Shown: positions 11,630 through 25,240, counted from the whole stretch's first letter. The stretch: DNA of 54,577 bases, filler included, from Sluysia triapertura (GCA_046118255.1; 4 parts of 4 records of this genome joined end to end with filler, not necessarily neighbours in it); one strand, 5' to 3'. Translations and numbers: made by a program. The notes: a model not told the origin generated them from the sequence alone.

Positions 11630-11729
11630 NNNNNNNNNNNNNNNNNNNNNNNNNNNNNNNNNNNNNNNNNNNNTTAATTAATTAANNNNNNNNNNNNNNN
11701 NNNNNNNNNNNNNNNNNNNNNNNNNNNNN
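11630..11729. other. Assembly gap linker
   Basis: 44 N + TTAATTAATTAA + 44 N. Confidence 0.98.
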
Positions 11730-11791
11730 GTTGGCACCTCTGTAACTAACGCAAGTTAATTCTAATACCAAACAACTTAATATATTAATCA

Positions 11792-11842
11792 AATTAACTC
11801 GAGTGTTCTCATTTCTGCAGGTTTACCTCGCTCGAGTTAATT
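11792..11842. repeat. 14-bp inverted repeat (hairpin)
   Basis: AATTAACTCGAGTG ... CGCTCGAGTTAATT, one mismatch; a further CGAGTTAA lies at 11851-11858. Confidence 0.7.
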
Positions 11843-13304
11843 CGAGTGTGCGAGTTAAGTGGTTAAGTGCCTTAAGATTAATGCTTTCCTTAACGAAGAT
11901 AGTAATAAAGTTTTTGATAGAGAAATTAAGAAATCAATAATTAATTTAATAAGTATAAATAATGACAATAAATTACATAAACGACATTTTTCGAGAAATG
12001 TGTATAAAAGATGCGTACATTGGCACACAACATTGGTTATTAGAAGTAATAAAAAATTTTATATAGTATCGTTATCAGAGTAAATTCAAAGTTTTTAATT
12101 GATTGGATTTTTGTGCCTTGCCATTTATTAATATTTCTTTTTTGGTATTTTTTGGAGATAATTATTGAGTACAGAAGTATATAAATATAGAAACAAGAAG
12201 ATGAATGAAAACATACCATAGAAACCAAGATGATATGTCATCTTCTGATCGTATAAAAACACACTGTTGATGATTTGACACTGTATATGCTGGTTCGTAA
12301 CTCCGTGGAAAATTAAGTTTCAAGTTTGATGGCGTTTTAAAAAAAGACATGATAGTAATTATCTATGCTCAACTAAAGTTCTCGTGTTTGATAAAATTGA
12401 TAACAATAATGTTAAAGAATACAACATTAGTATTAGTTTAAATCATCAAAAACAGATCCAGCAACAATATCAGTATTTTATACAATCCCGCATACACGCG
12501 ATAATAACGAAAGTGATGTCTTATTCAGCGCCTCGCATGGTTCAATTAAAAAGTCTTTGATTACGTTACATTAATGATCTTTTTGCATTTTGCTTGATTT
12601 TACTATTGATGATTATTTTGGTAGGGCTGATTATTCCCTATCTTGCATAATGTTCCGGTTAAAAATATAAAAGAAAAGTCTTTAATAAATGTTAGGATTT
12701 TCATTGCTTTTATATAGTTTTAACTATCAATGTGGTGAATTCATTTATGAATTTTAGTATTGGTATAAAGGAGATTTAAACCGAGATTTGGCAATCACGG
12801 CGAGTTCGAGATTCCTTATGATGTTTAATGAAGTTTTAACAGAGCTTCACATACAACTTAAAAATAAAACTAATAATCGAATCGATTAAATATTTCAATG
12901 AGTATATCAAGTCACTACCTACTCTACTATCCTTGTATCCGAAGTTTGATTATGTCAAACATTCAATTTCCTCATCATGCATTCTATTTATACAAGCTCG
13001 ACCATGCTTCAAGCAAGACCTAAGCATACAACTGATTCAATCTAAAATTTTTAACATCACAACAATATAACATTACAAAACTACTATCACCACATGAAGT
13101 ACAATTGCAATAACAAAAATTTAAGTGAAAGTTATTAGTCATTATTGTTTATAGAGAGAATAAACAAAGGTTAGAAGAGTAAACAAAGAGTATAAATCAT
13201 GCACTCATTACAGTAACAATAAATATATTACAATATTTATATTTTCTATCATTATTATCATATTTAATTTATTAAAAAATTATAATTATACTTGATATTA
13301 AACA

Positions 13305-13307
<3 letters not shown>

Positions 13308-13346
<39 letters not shown>

Positions 13347-13373
13347 TAAATAATAATAATAATAAAAAATAAT
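13308..13373. repeat. Imperfect (AAT)n microsatellite
   Basis: Direct observation. Confidence 0.85.
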
Positions 13374-14335
13374 ATTCTATTCATTCAACAAAGCACAAGT
13401 TAATAAATGATTTAGTTTAATGACTCATCTTATACATTATTTATTGATTTTGTTTTACATATTGATCAGATATCATACAAACTCGTGTTATTAACACGTA
13501 AATCAATATTATGAATTGACAATGTATTAGTAAAGAATCGTATCAAATATTATATAATATAGCATAATTACAAGGTCAGTATAATGTTGAAGAATATTTC
13601 GCATAACGGATATATCACCAAACCAAACATGGATTGTGTACGCATACTACATATTTAAAAATAATTTTTATAACATGGTAAAATTGCACGAAAAAGGCCA
13701 ATAGCTTACATAGCAGTGTTGAAGGTCTATTCATCGGATGGAGAAGAGAAAATAAATTAAAGTAAACTCCATTTAAACCTAAACAAAAGTGTACACAATG
13801 TTATTCAAATTTTATCCTCCATTGTATAATTTAACCAAATAAAAAATGAATAATAAATAACACTTTCCACTTTCAAAGCTCGTTTCCATTATATTCACAC
13901 AGTTGCTCATCAACTAAACACTTAAAAAATTCGTTATCCAAATCCATATTTATTAACCATGTCTAAAAAAGGAAAATAATCTTCGTTGGCTGAAAAATTC
14001 GTAAAGGAAATTTGTTTCATATAACTTTCACATTTTAATTCACATTATAAAGTAACTTGTCTTTCCAAAACATAAACGGATAAATTTTTGATTAATTAGC
14101 AACATGAAAAGTTTATATGAAATAAATGATAAATTCATATTCAATCACGTTTTTAGGAATATTTTTGATAAATTGATACTGTTTACTTTTAATTCATCAT
14201 TGTGTAAATAATGTATGTGCATTATATATGAACACAATGGACATTTGTTAGAATTCCAAAATCATCAACATTTAAGTATCAAAATTTATAGTAATTTAGT
14301 GTGTTTATTCTACTATCTTTATCTGCAAACATTTA

Positions 14336-14440
14336 AATGAAATATTCAATAAAAACATCATAGGTAGAAGGATGAGCACTTATTGATCGTGATTGAATCC
14401 AGAACCTTCTTGCTTTATCATTTAGCGATCTCCAAGTCTT
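14336..14440 (-). mobile_element. Possible retrotransposon gag fragment
   Basis: KTWRSLNDKARRFWIQSRSISAHPSTYDVFIEYF resembles the Ty3/Gypsy gag pattern 'L.G.A..WW......TW..F...F'. It is short and bounded by stops. Confidence 0.25.
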
Positions 14441-16200
14441 TCAATTTACAGTTTTGCATTCTTATTGATTCATTTAAACAAACTTACAACTGAAACTCAA
14501 TAAAATTTAAATATTATACTAGATTTATCAAAGCAGATAACTATATAACATTGAAATTAAAGATAAAATATTGATAATTGTTTTTCATATTCGTTTAATC
14601 CTACTATTATATTATATATTACACATTATACATATATATATGTATGTATGTAATATCGTATTATATTATAATTATTTTATTATGTTTACTATTTTTGTTT
14701 TAAAAATTAATTTTAATTTTTAATGTTTTCATAATGTGAAATAATGATTATTCTTGTTATATGTATTTAATTGGAACAATAATTTTACATTTACTTTAAT
14801 TTATTGTACTTTGTAAACAACATATGAACTAGTGTCACAACTTATACGTAACAATTCAAAAACAGTTATTTACATAGTTACAACAACCTACATTCAAAAT
14901 AAAACAACCTACAACTATAACAATGACAAAAATTAGTATGATCACATGTACTTTGATATACACAATTTCTTCATTTACAAATTCCTTCACACAAACTATT
15001 TCAGATCAAAACAATGTGTAAAATTGTTATTATTATTATTCTGTGTTTGTATTGTTGCCTTATTAATGATACTGTCGTTGATATTATTCTTACTACTATA
15101 CTTGTTTTTTCTTTTATTATTATTATTTTAATGCTTTACTCCTATCGTCATTGTTCTTACCACTATTTTCCTACTGTTACCATTTTTATCTTTACTATTT
15201 TTTAACAAAATGGTTAGGACCGATACTATAACCCTAAATTATAAATTAGAAAATATTTTATAATCAGATTCTTTGAACTGTGAAAACTTATTAGTCATTA
15301 CGGCAATCGGTGTAGAACTGTTTAGTTATTCGAAATTTTTCCGTGAAAAATTGAAACATTACTGGAACATAATATTTCCCAACAATGCTTGCTTTCGAGT
15401 TATCGACAGAAGGAAAATAATTTACTTAAAGGGCTTATTTTACAAGAATAAAATTGAAGTAAATATATTCAGATCAGAAAGTGAATTTATTATTTTGTGT
15501 GCATCCCATAAGCTATCTAAAGCTAATTGGAATGCTGCAGATTGTGACGTGGATGTCCTGGTGTCTTATTAGCAACTACTTCTGTTGCATTACATTCAAA
15601 TGTTTAAGAAACTGATGAATTTAGCAATAATTATTTTACAACTGATCAGTCAAATGATGAAAGCAATTTATTAAGAACCAATATGTTTATCATTATCATT
15701 ATCATTTGAAACTTAAAAAGTCACTAATTAGATATATTTTATTGTTTTTTCGTAATAAGTCCAGTTAATATTGTTGTAGGGAACTCGTCATACGGTATCC
15801 ATCATAATTCATCACACAATATTCACTATAACTCATCTCATAAAGTTCAACACAACTCATCATTTAAAAACGATACTTATTTACACAAACTACTAGATGA
15901 ACTATTAAACTCATTCAAAATTAAACACGATCATCTCATCTAACTATCATGAGCTATTATTATTATTACGATTAATATCTTTTCAAAATTCGAATTAAAA
16001 TTGTAATTTTCATCGTTATATAATATTCGACAAATAATAACTTTTATAATAACTTTTATAATAATTTTCATGGTAGAACTTCGTTTTAATCAACATTGTA
16101 AATATACAATTGTTATCATTATTGTAATTAATTTCCTTTTACCATTATTATTATTTATTGTTTTTCTTTTTATCTTTATTACTGTACAACTTTTGTTCAA

Positions 16201-16554
16201 ATTGATCATATTGGCGATAGCACATTTGGACATTATTACTGCAAGTGCAATTATGAAAGTGAACAATGGTGGTTATTGAATGACACATCTGTTGAAAGAA
16301 TACATCAAGACCAAGAAATTGTAACAAAACATTGGCTATGTGACGGTAAAACGAACAATTAATCAGACAGAAATGCAAACAATGTAGTCACACAAGTTAA
16401 GTGCGGACGTCATCCACAATTATCTCGAAAGAGTTCATGTGATCCAAATTCTAGTCAACAAGACAGCTTAGTATCGACAAATGAAAATATTGATTTCTCA
16501 CATTTAGAAATAAGAAACCCATTATATCACCAGAATTACAAATCAAACTTTTGA
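16201..16554 (+). pseudogene. Ubiquitin-specific protease (peptidase C19) C-terminal His-box fragment
   Basis: IDHIGDSTFGHYYCKCNYESEQWWLLNDTSVERI matches the USP 'H.G....GHY......W...DD..V' motif. The frame continues to TGA at 16552-16554 across one TAA (16360-16362). No Cys-box was found upstream. Confidence 0.7.
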
Positions 16555-17189
16555 ATTTTATTTATTGGGTGAAGATTTTAACACGAAATGTATTCATTTT
16601 TCTTTTGTTTTGAAAGATCTTATTGCTTAAGTATATTGCTAAACAATTATCGATGGAATGAAGAAGTGATTTGGTAAATTTACAGTCAACACTTTTATTT
16701 GTATTTAAAAAATATCTATTTTGATAAATCGTCTTTGAAGCATTAATTATAGACTTAATGAAAGCGTTAATTATTTTTGATGTAATTAACACATTATTCG
16801 AGATAAGTACATAGACATATTACAATCGTCAGAGAATTGAATTCAAAGATAAATAATATTTCATAAGGTACAAATGTGTACTGCTAAAAATTTTTAACAC
16901 CATTAAAACTATTCTACATAATTGTCAGGTTCTTTTAGGATTATGAACAATAACTTGAATTACGTTATGTGGCTGAAGTCCATAAAAAGATATTTTTGCA
17001 GAATCATTTAACTGTTTCCCTCTAAAATACCATCTCTGTTTAATTACTGAAATATCCGTATCGTCTTCAGAAACTAATAAAGATACAAGCCTATTGAATC
17101 TATAATTTATAATTTAATAAATTATAATGATAAATAGTAATAAAAATTATAGACAACAAAAATTACAATTTTATTTTTTCATTTTTTAT

Positions 17190-17243
17190 TTTTTATTATA
17201 ATTTACCTACTCACAATAGTGAGTAGATGAGTTATAATAAAAA
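17190..17243. other. 25-bp-stem hairpin with 4-nt loop
   Basis: TTTTTATTATAATTTACCTACTCAC-AATA-GTGAGTAGATGAGTTATAATAAAAA: two G:U pairs and one mismatch. Confidence 0.75.
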
Positions 17244-17488
17244 TTTAACAATTATTTATTTTTTTGCTGTTTTTTGTATATTTTAAGCCATAAACATTAC
17301 ACAATCTACCATCTAGCTTATTATCACTACGAATTCTGTATGTATTATTATGTCTCAATGAAATATTCACTTTTATCTTTATTGTGATTGTTAATTACAT
17401 AATTATAAAGTAAAATTATTTTAGTCGATAAAAAAATCAGTACTAACCAAAATAAGTAAAAATTGCTTAGAGATCACTTACTGTTAAT

Positions 17489-18932
17489 ATGAATGAATCT
17501 ATTACATATATCCAAAAATTTTGGAGCAAGTTAAAACGTATATTGAAACAATCAGAAGATACCGGTAATTATAATAAAAAATAGTAATAATTCTTTAGTA
17601 AATAACACTGGGGATGTAAAATTCCATGTATCAAACAAAAGAGCTGGTTATGAAGCAAGTTCAAATACTTTAGATAATTCATTTGATCGAGCAGCTTTTA
17701 TTGAAGTTACGAAAAAATTGCCTACTTGTTCTGTTTGTCTGAAAGTACGCAAACAAGCTAACCAATGTCAAAATGGTCACTTAATTTGTATAAATTGTAC
17801 ACTTTGTATACAGCAATCATCAACATCAAATAAAGACATTGCATGCCTTGTTGGTAGAGTGCCTTCGTCGGGATCTTATCAACGTTCTTTGTTAGCTGAA
17901 CAATTAATAACTGAATTACCAATTCAATGTCGACTTTCTTCGTCAGTCTTGTCAAATCGTCACATTCAACAACATAAAACGTATGTATGCTATTGTCGAA
18001 TTGTGGACTGTAAGTATTGTTTATTTTGTTGTGAACGTAAAAGAGTAATCAAAGACAGATTAAACCGCGAAATTGATTGTCAGATAGATTTGTCTAGTGT
18101 TGTCAGTGCAAGTTTTGTTGTGAATCAAAACATAAAAAAACAGTTATTATATTATGATAAACGTGAACGAAATAATGAATTTAAAATTATTCTTAAACGA
18201 TTTGTACTCTCAAAATATGAAAAGTTAAATAAGGTTATATGTTTCGAAACATCTAAACTTCTTATATTTGATCATACTTTTTCTGTAAAATTTAAGTTTA
18301 TTTTTGAACCTAAACTACATCAAACAAACTTATTCTATAAATTAAATTATACTAGTAAAGACAAGTTATCATTTTGCTCTTTTTTAAATTCATTACGTTG
18401 TTACAATAATATATTTGAATTAGCTGATAGTTTACATTATGTTACTTACGATAAAAAACAATCAAAAGTCAGACATTTCAGTGTAAATTTATCTAAATCG
18501 AATTTAGACAACGATAATGTAACATTTATTGAGTTGTTGAAGAAAAAGGAAAGTGTTTGTTTTAAATCGAATTTTAATATTGAAAATGTCGACACAGGTT
18601 ACATATATAACTCAAACAATACTTATAATGAATTGCCCAGAGTTCGACAAACGAGTACAACTTTATTTAGCAAAATATTTTATCCGTTGTTGATTAATTT
18701 ATTTTTATTAGTATACTTGTTATATGAATTAATACATTGTGTTCATTATGTGTTCTTAAAGTTTTTATTAGTAGTTAATTCGGGCATTAAGCCCTTTTTG
18801 TTAATGTTTAACTTTATTAATTATTTTCGTTTAAACGTTTTTAATGTTTATAAAAAAATGAAATATAATATTTTAAAGAACATCAAATTTATAAATACTT
18901 TGAATATACCCACTGCACTTTACCAAGTTTAA
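17489..18932 (+). CDS. CYHR1/ZFTRAF1-like (SINA/TRAF-type) RING zinc-finger protein, divergent; exons 17489-17564 and 17599-18932
   Basis: ATG at 17489 and a 34-nt phase-1 GT-AG intron (17565-17598) join in frame to the 404-aa ORF. CSVCLK..ANQCQNGHLICINC..RSLLAEQLITELPIQC..RIVDCKY and FETSKLLIFDHTFSVK parallel the CYHR1 motifs (CTVCLD..YQCTNGHLMC..RNLAVEKAVSELP..RVTQCKY..YETPRF). Confidence 0.8.
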
Positions 18933-21900
18933 ATCTTTTAAAGTATCAATGCAGAAGCATAATCAAGCTTCTTTTGTGATGCACAATTTAATTTTGGTAA
19001 ACTTATTTAAGACAGATCAAACATCAGTCATCGAAAAACTTTTACAATTAAGCGAAGAATGAAATTAAAAGGTTATAAGAAAATTAAATGTAAGAAAAGT
19101 ATATTTTGTGAAATATACTAATGTCAAATGAAAAAAGCTTTCATTCAGATATGCCATGCATATATTCAATTTTTGCTTATTTAGCGATGTATTTTTATCA
19201 AACATTAAATTAAGCAGTAAAACAGATATCGAGAAGAGCGCTTAAAAGGAATGTTGCGGTTATATTTGTATATATTACTGTATTTGTTGGTTATACGTTA
19301 ATGTTTTATAACATTTATTTATTAATTATATTATTTGGTTTATTTCAAAATTTTTATCAATTTATAATATGACAATTTATTATAATATTTTACAAATTTT
19401 TATCAAAACATTTTTATCAATTTAAATATGAGTTTTATTTAAATTAGTCAATAAAAAATAGAAAATAGTAAATGATTTCAAACAACAATGATTTTTAATC
19501 TAGAGTAATAATAATAATAATCATCAATAATTGTACTTTGTAAGTGAATACTTTTAAGATCAAAAGAAGTATGTATAAATATGACTTCACTGCATATCGA
19601 CATTTACAATATTATTATTCTAATATTTTGAAGATATAATTGATTTAAAATTTGAAAAAATTATAATTAATTTGGTATTTAATTAATCTTAAATCTTCGA
19701 TCAACAAATTATCGTGAATAAGAAATTTTTTCACAAATCCATAACAATAACTTTCATTACTTATTCGCAAATAAAAGTGATCGTTAGTTCAATTTATTAA
19801 TAAGTTGATTTACATATTTAAAATTGTACATTAAAATACACTCAAAATTTTTTAAAGTATTTTCAATATTTTAAAACGATTGATATTAAAATAAATATTA
19901 AAAAATAACAAAAAGTTGAATTATTAATTCAAATTAATAATTTGATAAATTTATTCAAGAGTCACATATAAATATTTTTGTAACTTTTTGCATTTTAAGT
20001 AACAATTTAAATTATATTACAGTATTTTTTAGCATTATATAAATTATTATTAATAACTTTTATACAACATTTATTTTTATTACTGATATTGAACTAAGGA
20101 TTTTGTAAACATAATTTCATATTTGTTTCGTTTTATATCCAGTGCATTTTTGTTTCTGAAATTAACCTAATATATTCGAATAGTGTATTATTCATTTGCT
20201 ATTAGAGGAACAGATTCGTCCAACCTAACTTTCGTAGTTTTAAATTGATTTAAAATCTATAGATCAGTTTATAATCACCGAGTGTATTAATCAGTAGTAA
20301 TTTTCAATTTTTCAAGATCTTCTTTAATTTGAGATCTTATGTAACATTTATTTTATAACCTTACTTGAAAGATAAGTGGAAAATAAATATTTTTTAACAT
20401 TTGTACATAAGTCATTATCTTAACTTAACCCTTGACAGAAAACATTTTCTTATTAACTGTTTTGAAAATTCTTTAAATATACCGATTAGTATAATAAGAA
20501 TATCGTTGCACTACTATTAATCCAATTCATTATCTAACCCCTAAATTATTTTTATTTGCATCATAAGGACTAGTCCTTATTCTTATTAACTTATATATAA
20601 ATGTATGATAAATAATAATAATAATTTCAATCATATCTCTTCTGGCCATATTTAAAAAGATTAAATATCCTAGGAGTTGTTTATGTGTATTCATGTATTA
20701 TGTGGTCATAATCTTTAATTATCATAAATATGTGAGATTAAAAATAATTTAAGTATCTTTTCGTTCCCTTAACCTCTTAAGCTAGTCCAAGTCTGATCTA
20801 CCTAAATAGTTTAAAACTTAACATTAAATTAGCAATATTAAAATTAACAAATTTAATTAATATTAAATAATATATAATAAACAAATTAATCAAACGCAGC
20901 GTTAGTTTTATTATATTAAATAAAAACATGTAAACAAAATAAACATAAATTACAAATGCACATATATACATACTTTCAAATACACAGAGAGGTTTCAATG
21001 ACGGAATATCACATGATGAACTTGACAATACAACATGACTCAAATGTGTAAAATTTAATCAAGTACGTATAATATCGAGTTGTGCATATTATAACAGTAT
21101 ACCATTAAATATCGAAGCAATAAGTTAAAAGAAACACTTCATTAATTTCATTCTCATCATTTCATTTTTATCGATTTTTAATATTAATTTCTTTATTATG
21201 TTTTATAATTTCAGATGGATAAATGATTCGTTTTAATGAGTTATTTGGAAGGATTCTTGAAAATGATCTTAAATGTGATTTTAATTATTATGATATAATA
21301 TTAACTTCAAATTCTTTTGCATACAAATTGAAAATATTCTTTCAAAAATATGCAGCCTTGTTATAAAATTATTACTATTAAAGTTAAAAATAATAGCTCT
21401 TCTAATATTTTGTATTTATCATTTATAATTTATCATTTTTTGATAAAGCTGCATTCATTTCTTCATATAAATGAGCATATTTACATTTAATTAAGTTTAT
21501 TAGAAAAAGATTCACCATAAATAGTGAACTATGATACGGATTGGGTAATCTCCTAACAAACTGATCATTGAGCATTGGCAAATAATGAATTAAAAATAAA
21601 TTTATTGATAAGGCCAAACGGTTACTGAAAATATAATGGAAAGTTCTGATAATTATTATGATAATTTGTTTTATTTTAGCACAAATGATGATAGACAGAT
21701 TTCAAAACCTGTCTTGAAACAAAGACGGAACTGTAATTTTGCTTTAGCTTTTAATCGTAAATGCATGTCATCAGTTAGAAACATGCTTAAGAAACCCAAA
21801 CCATTGTATTTATTGAAAATAGATATTACTCAAGTTAAAAATTTATATTCGTTGAAAATAATAATCAACATTCCAGAATTTATTATTTCTGTATAATGTT

Positions 21901-24900
21901 GAAGAAAATTAAATATAAAATAATTTCTGAATGTAATAATGATTCAATAAGGAGGCACATTTAAATGGAATGATACATTTCCAGAAGTCGATGTATCTAG
22001 TTATTTTATAATTCTATTGTTCATGTTATCTAATTCATTATTATTGTTTGGCTAATTGCTCGTCCTAAAGTCAGCTTTAAATTGAAAATTTATAGTAAAA
22101 CTTATAAAATTCTTATAAAATAATACTAGCGATAAGATAGTCAACATAATTCTAGCTATTAATGATAACATCATTACATTAATTTATAACATCAGCAAGA
22201 GTATTCTTGAATTCTTTAACTTTATCATAGTATCAACAATTCTAGGCTTCTCAAGGCTTCATTTCATTTAAAATTCAAATTGAAATTTACGAAATAAAAT
22301 CTATTTCCATATGATTTTATAAATAATCCTAAAGTGATTTTTGACACATTTTCATTAATTGCATTTTAATTATATAAAAAATTAATAATATCGTCACATT
22401 TTGTAAATAAATTTGATAAACGTATTTTAAACTATTCATAATTACAATTTATCTACCATTTTATATAATATTTCAAACAATTGATAAATATAAATATAGT
22501 GTGATGAAGAATGTTAATGTACACATACGAGTAAGAGTGTCATTAGTTGTAATATAAAGAAATGTGAAAATTATTGTTACTTTATTGTTATTTTGGGATT
22601 TAACACATTCTTTGCGGGAAACGAAATAACACTTTCTGCATATAGTAATAAATATTCAATAAATAATAAATATTTTAATAAATTAATAAATAAGTGTAAT
22701 TATAATAAATAATCATAAGATAAAAAACTGAAAGTTTGTTTTGCGCAAATGTCCAAAAATCATCAGCTTTTCAGCTTGGATTGGACTAAAATATATGTTG
22801 CATGATTTCTATAGGCTTAAGTATTATACCCAGTTATTATATAAAGTGATTATAATTTATTTTTATAATGTAATAAAGTTAAATATATTGAGATTCGAGT
22901 TTCTTCAATTCTTTTAATTTAATGTAAATATACAACATATTGAGTGTAAATTTGTAAGTATTGAGTGCACTTTCAGAAACATTATCTATGGTTAGAGCTT
23001 TACCAATACATCTTAAGAATATTTAAAAAGGAAAGAGAAATCGTAAACTCTTTAAGCAACCGCTAAATTCATGTGTTGGGGTGTGGTGTAATGTTTATTG
23101 AAAGTTATGTACTTGAGTGTTTTAAAATAATATGGATTTTAAAAATGAATGATAAAGGTATCTTGATGTTTTGAATGAAGTGTAGTTTCGTGTATAACGT
23201 GAATTAAATTGCGGCCTAAGATTTGATACGTTGTAAGAAATAATTGTGTGATATGGGAAAAGGATATGGTTTGGGTAATGATTGTATTAAACTGTAAATT
23301 TGAAGATCTCAAAGGCGAGTGCGACATTGAAACATATGGTTTTGATTGTGTTGACATAAGATTACATAAAAGAATGTTTTATTGAATTTTGAAGTATGTA
23401 GTGTAAATTTTGAAAATTTTATAATTTTGTAATATTTGAAAAAGGATTTTTATTAAAATTTGTAAAATTAATAGGTTGGGCGCTACAGTTATGGCCTTAT
23501 AAATATCTACTTTTTAATATATTTTACGCAAATTGTTTTGGCTTATTTTAAAATTGTTGTTTTTAAAAGGCCTTAAGCCTATTTTGTTAATTCGTTCACT
23601 GGTTCTAAAAAAATTTAATATTTCGTTAATTTGTTTAATCCTTATTAAAAAGTTTAATAATTTTAAGAATCTTTTAATAATAAAAAAATAAAAAGCTCTA
23701 TACAGAAGAATAATCACTCTCTTTTAGATATTTCTAATTGTTTCAACAATAAACGAAAGTTCGTCAACTTATAAAAATTATTATAACTCTTAATCGTTAA
23801 TGATATTTTCAAAATATAGTTCACTCTATATAGATGTATTTGCTCGTTGGACTTTACTATTTATACTTTATTTTAATTATCTCAATTATAAACAAAATCT
23901 GCAATAGGATTTCTCACCGTATTAATTAATTAATTTTTTTGAACAAATGTAAATCATTAATTTATAATTTCTACTCATTTCGTTATTTTTAACTTAGATT
24001 GAAATAATAACTCTTTTTTCGACATTGTTTTTGAATCCAGATAGTTTGTTGCATTCGACTTAATGACGAAATAAAAAAATTAAATTCAGAACCTGAAACA
24101 AAATAAAAGTTCAGTGTTTAAAGAAAACGTAATTTTCATTAAATATTCATTATGCAACAGAAATATAAATCAAAAATTAAATTCTGTAGTTGTAATATTT
24201 ATTAATTACTGTAAACTATACAAAATATCGCATGAATGTAGAGCATGCAAAAACGAAATTAAATTTATACTGAAATATAAGATTTAAAATTAATAATATA
24301 TTGTTAGGTTATCATCACAACCCTTTTAAAATTTCAAAATAAAAGAAACTTATTTTCTAAAAAAGAAAATTTCTTACTATAAACAGAAAAGAAGCTTTTA
24401 GAACATTCTATCAATTACTATTGGTTGATGATTAGTATTTAAACTAGCATCAATTTCACTAATTTGCCATTTTTATATTTCAATTCGCCGTTTTACAATT
24501 CAAATTTTAATCAATCGCCATTTTATTTTTAGCTTTGTATCAATTTTTCATTCAATATTTTGGACGATTTTAGTTTTAGCAGCGAGATATTATTTCAATC
24601 AAATTTATTCATTCCACGTGTGCGGTAAGTTATTTTTATTAAGGCTTTTTTTATCTTCTTCGATGAGGTAAAAAAATAATATTGACTTAAATTATTTTTT
24701 AAACGAAATTTTATTTGTATCCCGACCTAGTGAGGGAAATATTTTAAATTAAAATGTATTAAAAATTAAATATTCTGTTGAATTTTATTTCTAAATTTTG
24801 ATTTTTAGTCATCTATCTTGTTTGTAAACATTTTGTATCTTTAATAGAATTTTACATTTCTTTATTATTAATATAAAACGACGTTAAGAATCAGATTGAT

Positions 24901-24964
24901 TAGGCCCTCTTGCATAAAATTTTTTTGATTAAATTCACGCCTTCTATACGATATAAGTTGCTTG

Positions 24965-25240
24965 CTATAACCGGACCCTGCTTATGGAGTTTAAAATTTT
25001 ATCAGATTTATGCTTTGAAGTTTTATGATGAATGAAAGCCATGACAAGGTTAGAGGGCGTAATGATCTGAAAATAAAAATGGACGTCGTCGAGTGGAACT
25101 TCGAGCGGAATACGCAATTTAAGATTATGGTCAAATAGAGTATAGACTTTTGTAAAGTTACTGAATTCGGTAACCCATATATTAAACCCAGTCGGGTTAT
25201 TGGATAGCAATTTATGATGTGAAGATTCATTTTCTGGCAT
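24965..25240 (-). mobile_element. Possible Ty3/Gypsy gag fragment at a contig end
   Basis: FNIWVTEFSNFTKVYTLFDHNLKLRIP resembles the N-terminal gag capsid pattern 'F..W...FE......W.D..K...LP'. Locally higher GC; next to a gap. Confidence 0.3.

Noticed and set aside
11674-11685. TTAATTAATTAA recurring inside N runs (also in the gaps at 25366 and 40920)
   Set aside because: An identical 44N-12-44N layout with stops in all six frames is an artificial contig linker. Adjacency across these gaps is unverified.
14946-15205. Short hydrophobic ORFs (also 16070-16279, 38468-38813, 47072-47341 and similar)
   Set aside because: I/F/L/Y-rich translations expected from T-rich low-complexity DNA, with no motifs or splice support.
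17718-18932. Genome-wide TAA/TAG reassignment (ciliate-type code)
   Set aside because: Long exons are free of TAA/TAG, Gln is encoded by CAA/CAG, and TAA ends the kinase exon at a natural C-terminal position.
21210-22220. Exon-like fragments (also 12100-12700 and 26230-27300)
   Set aside because: Probably decayed genes, but many stops and no recognisable motif, so no supportable call.
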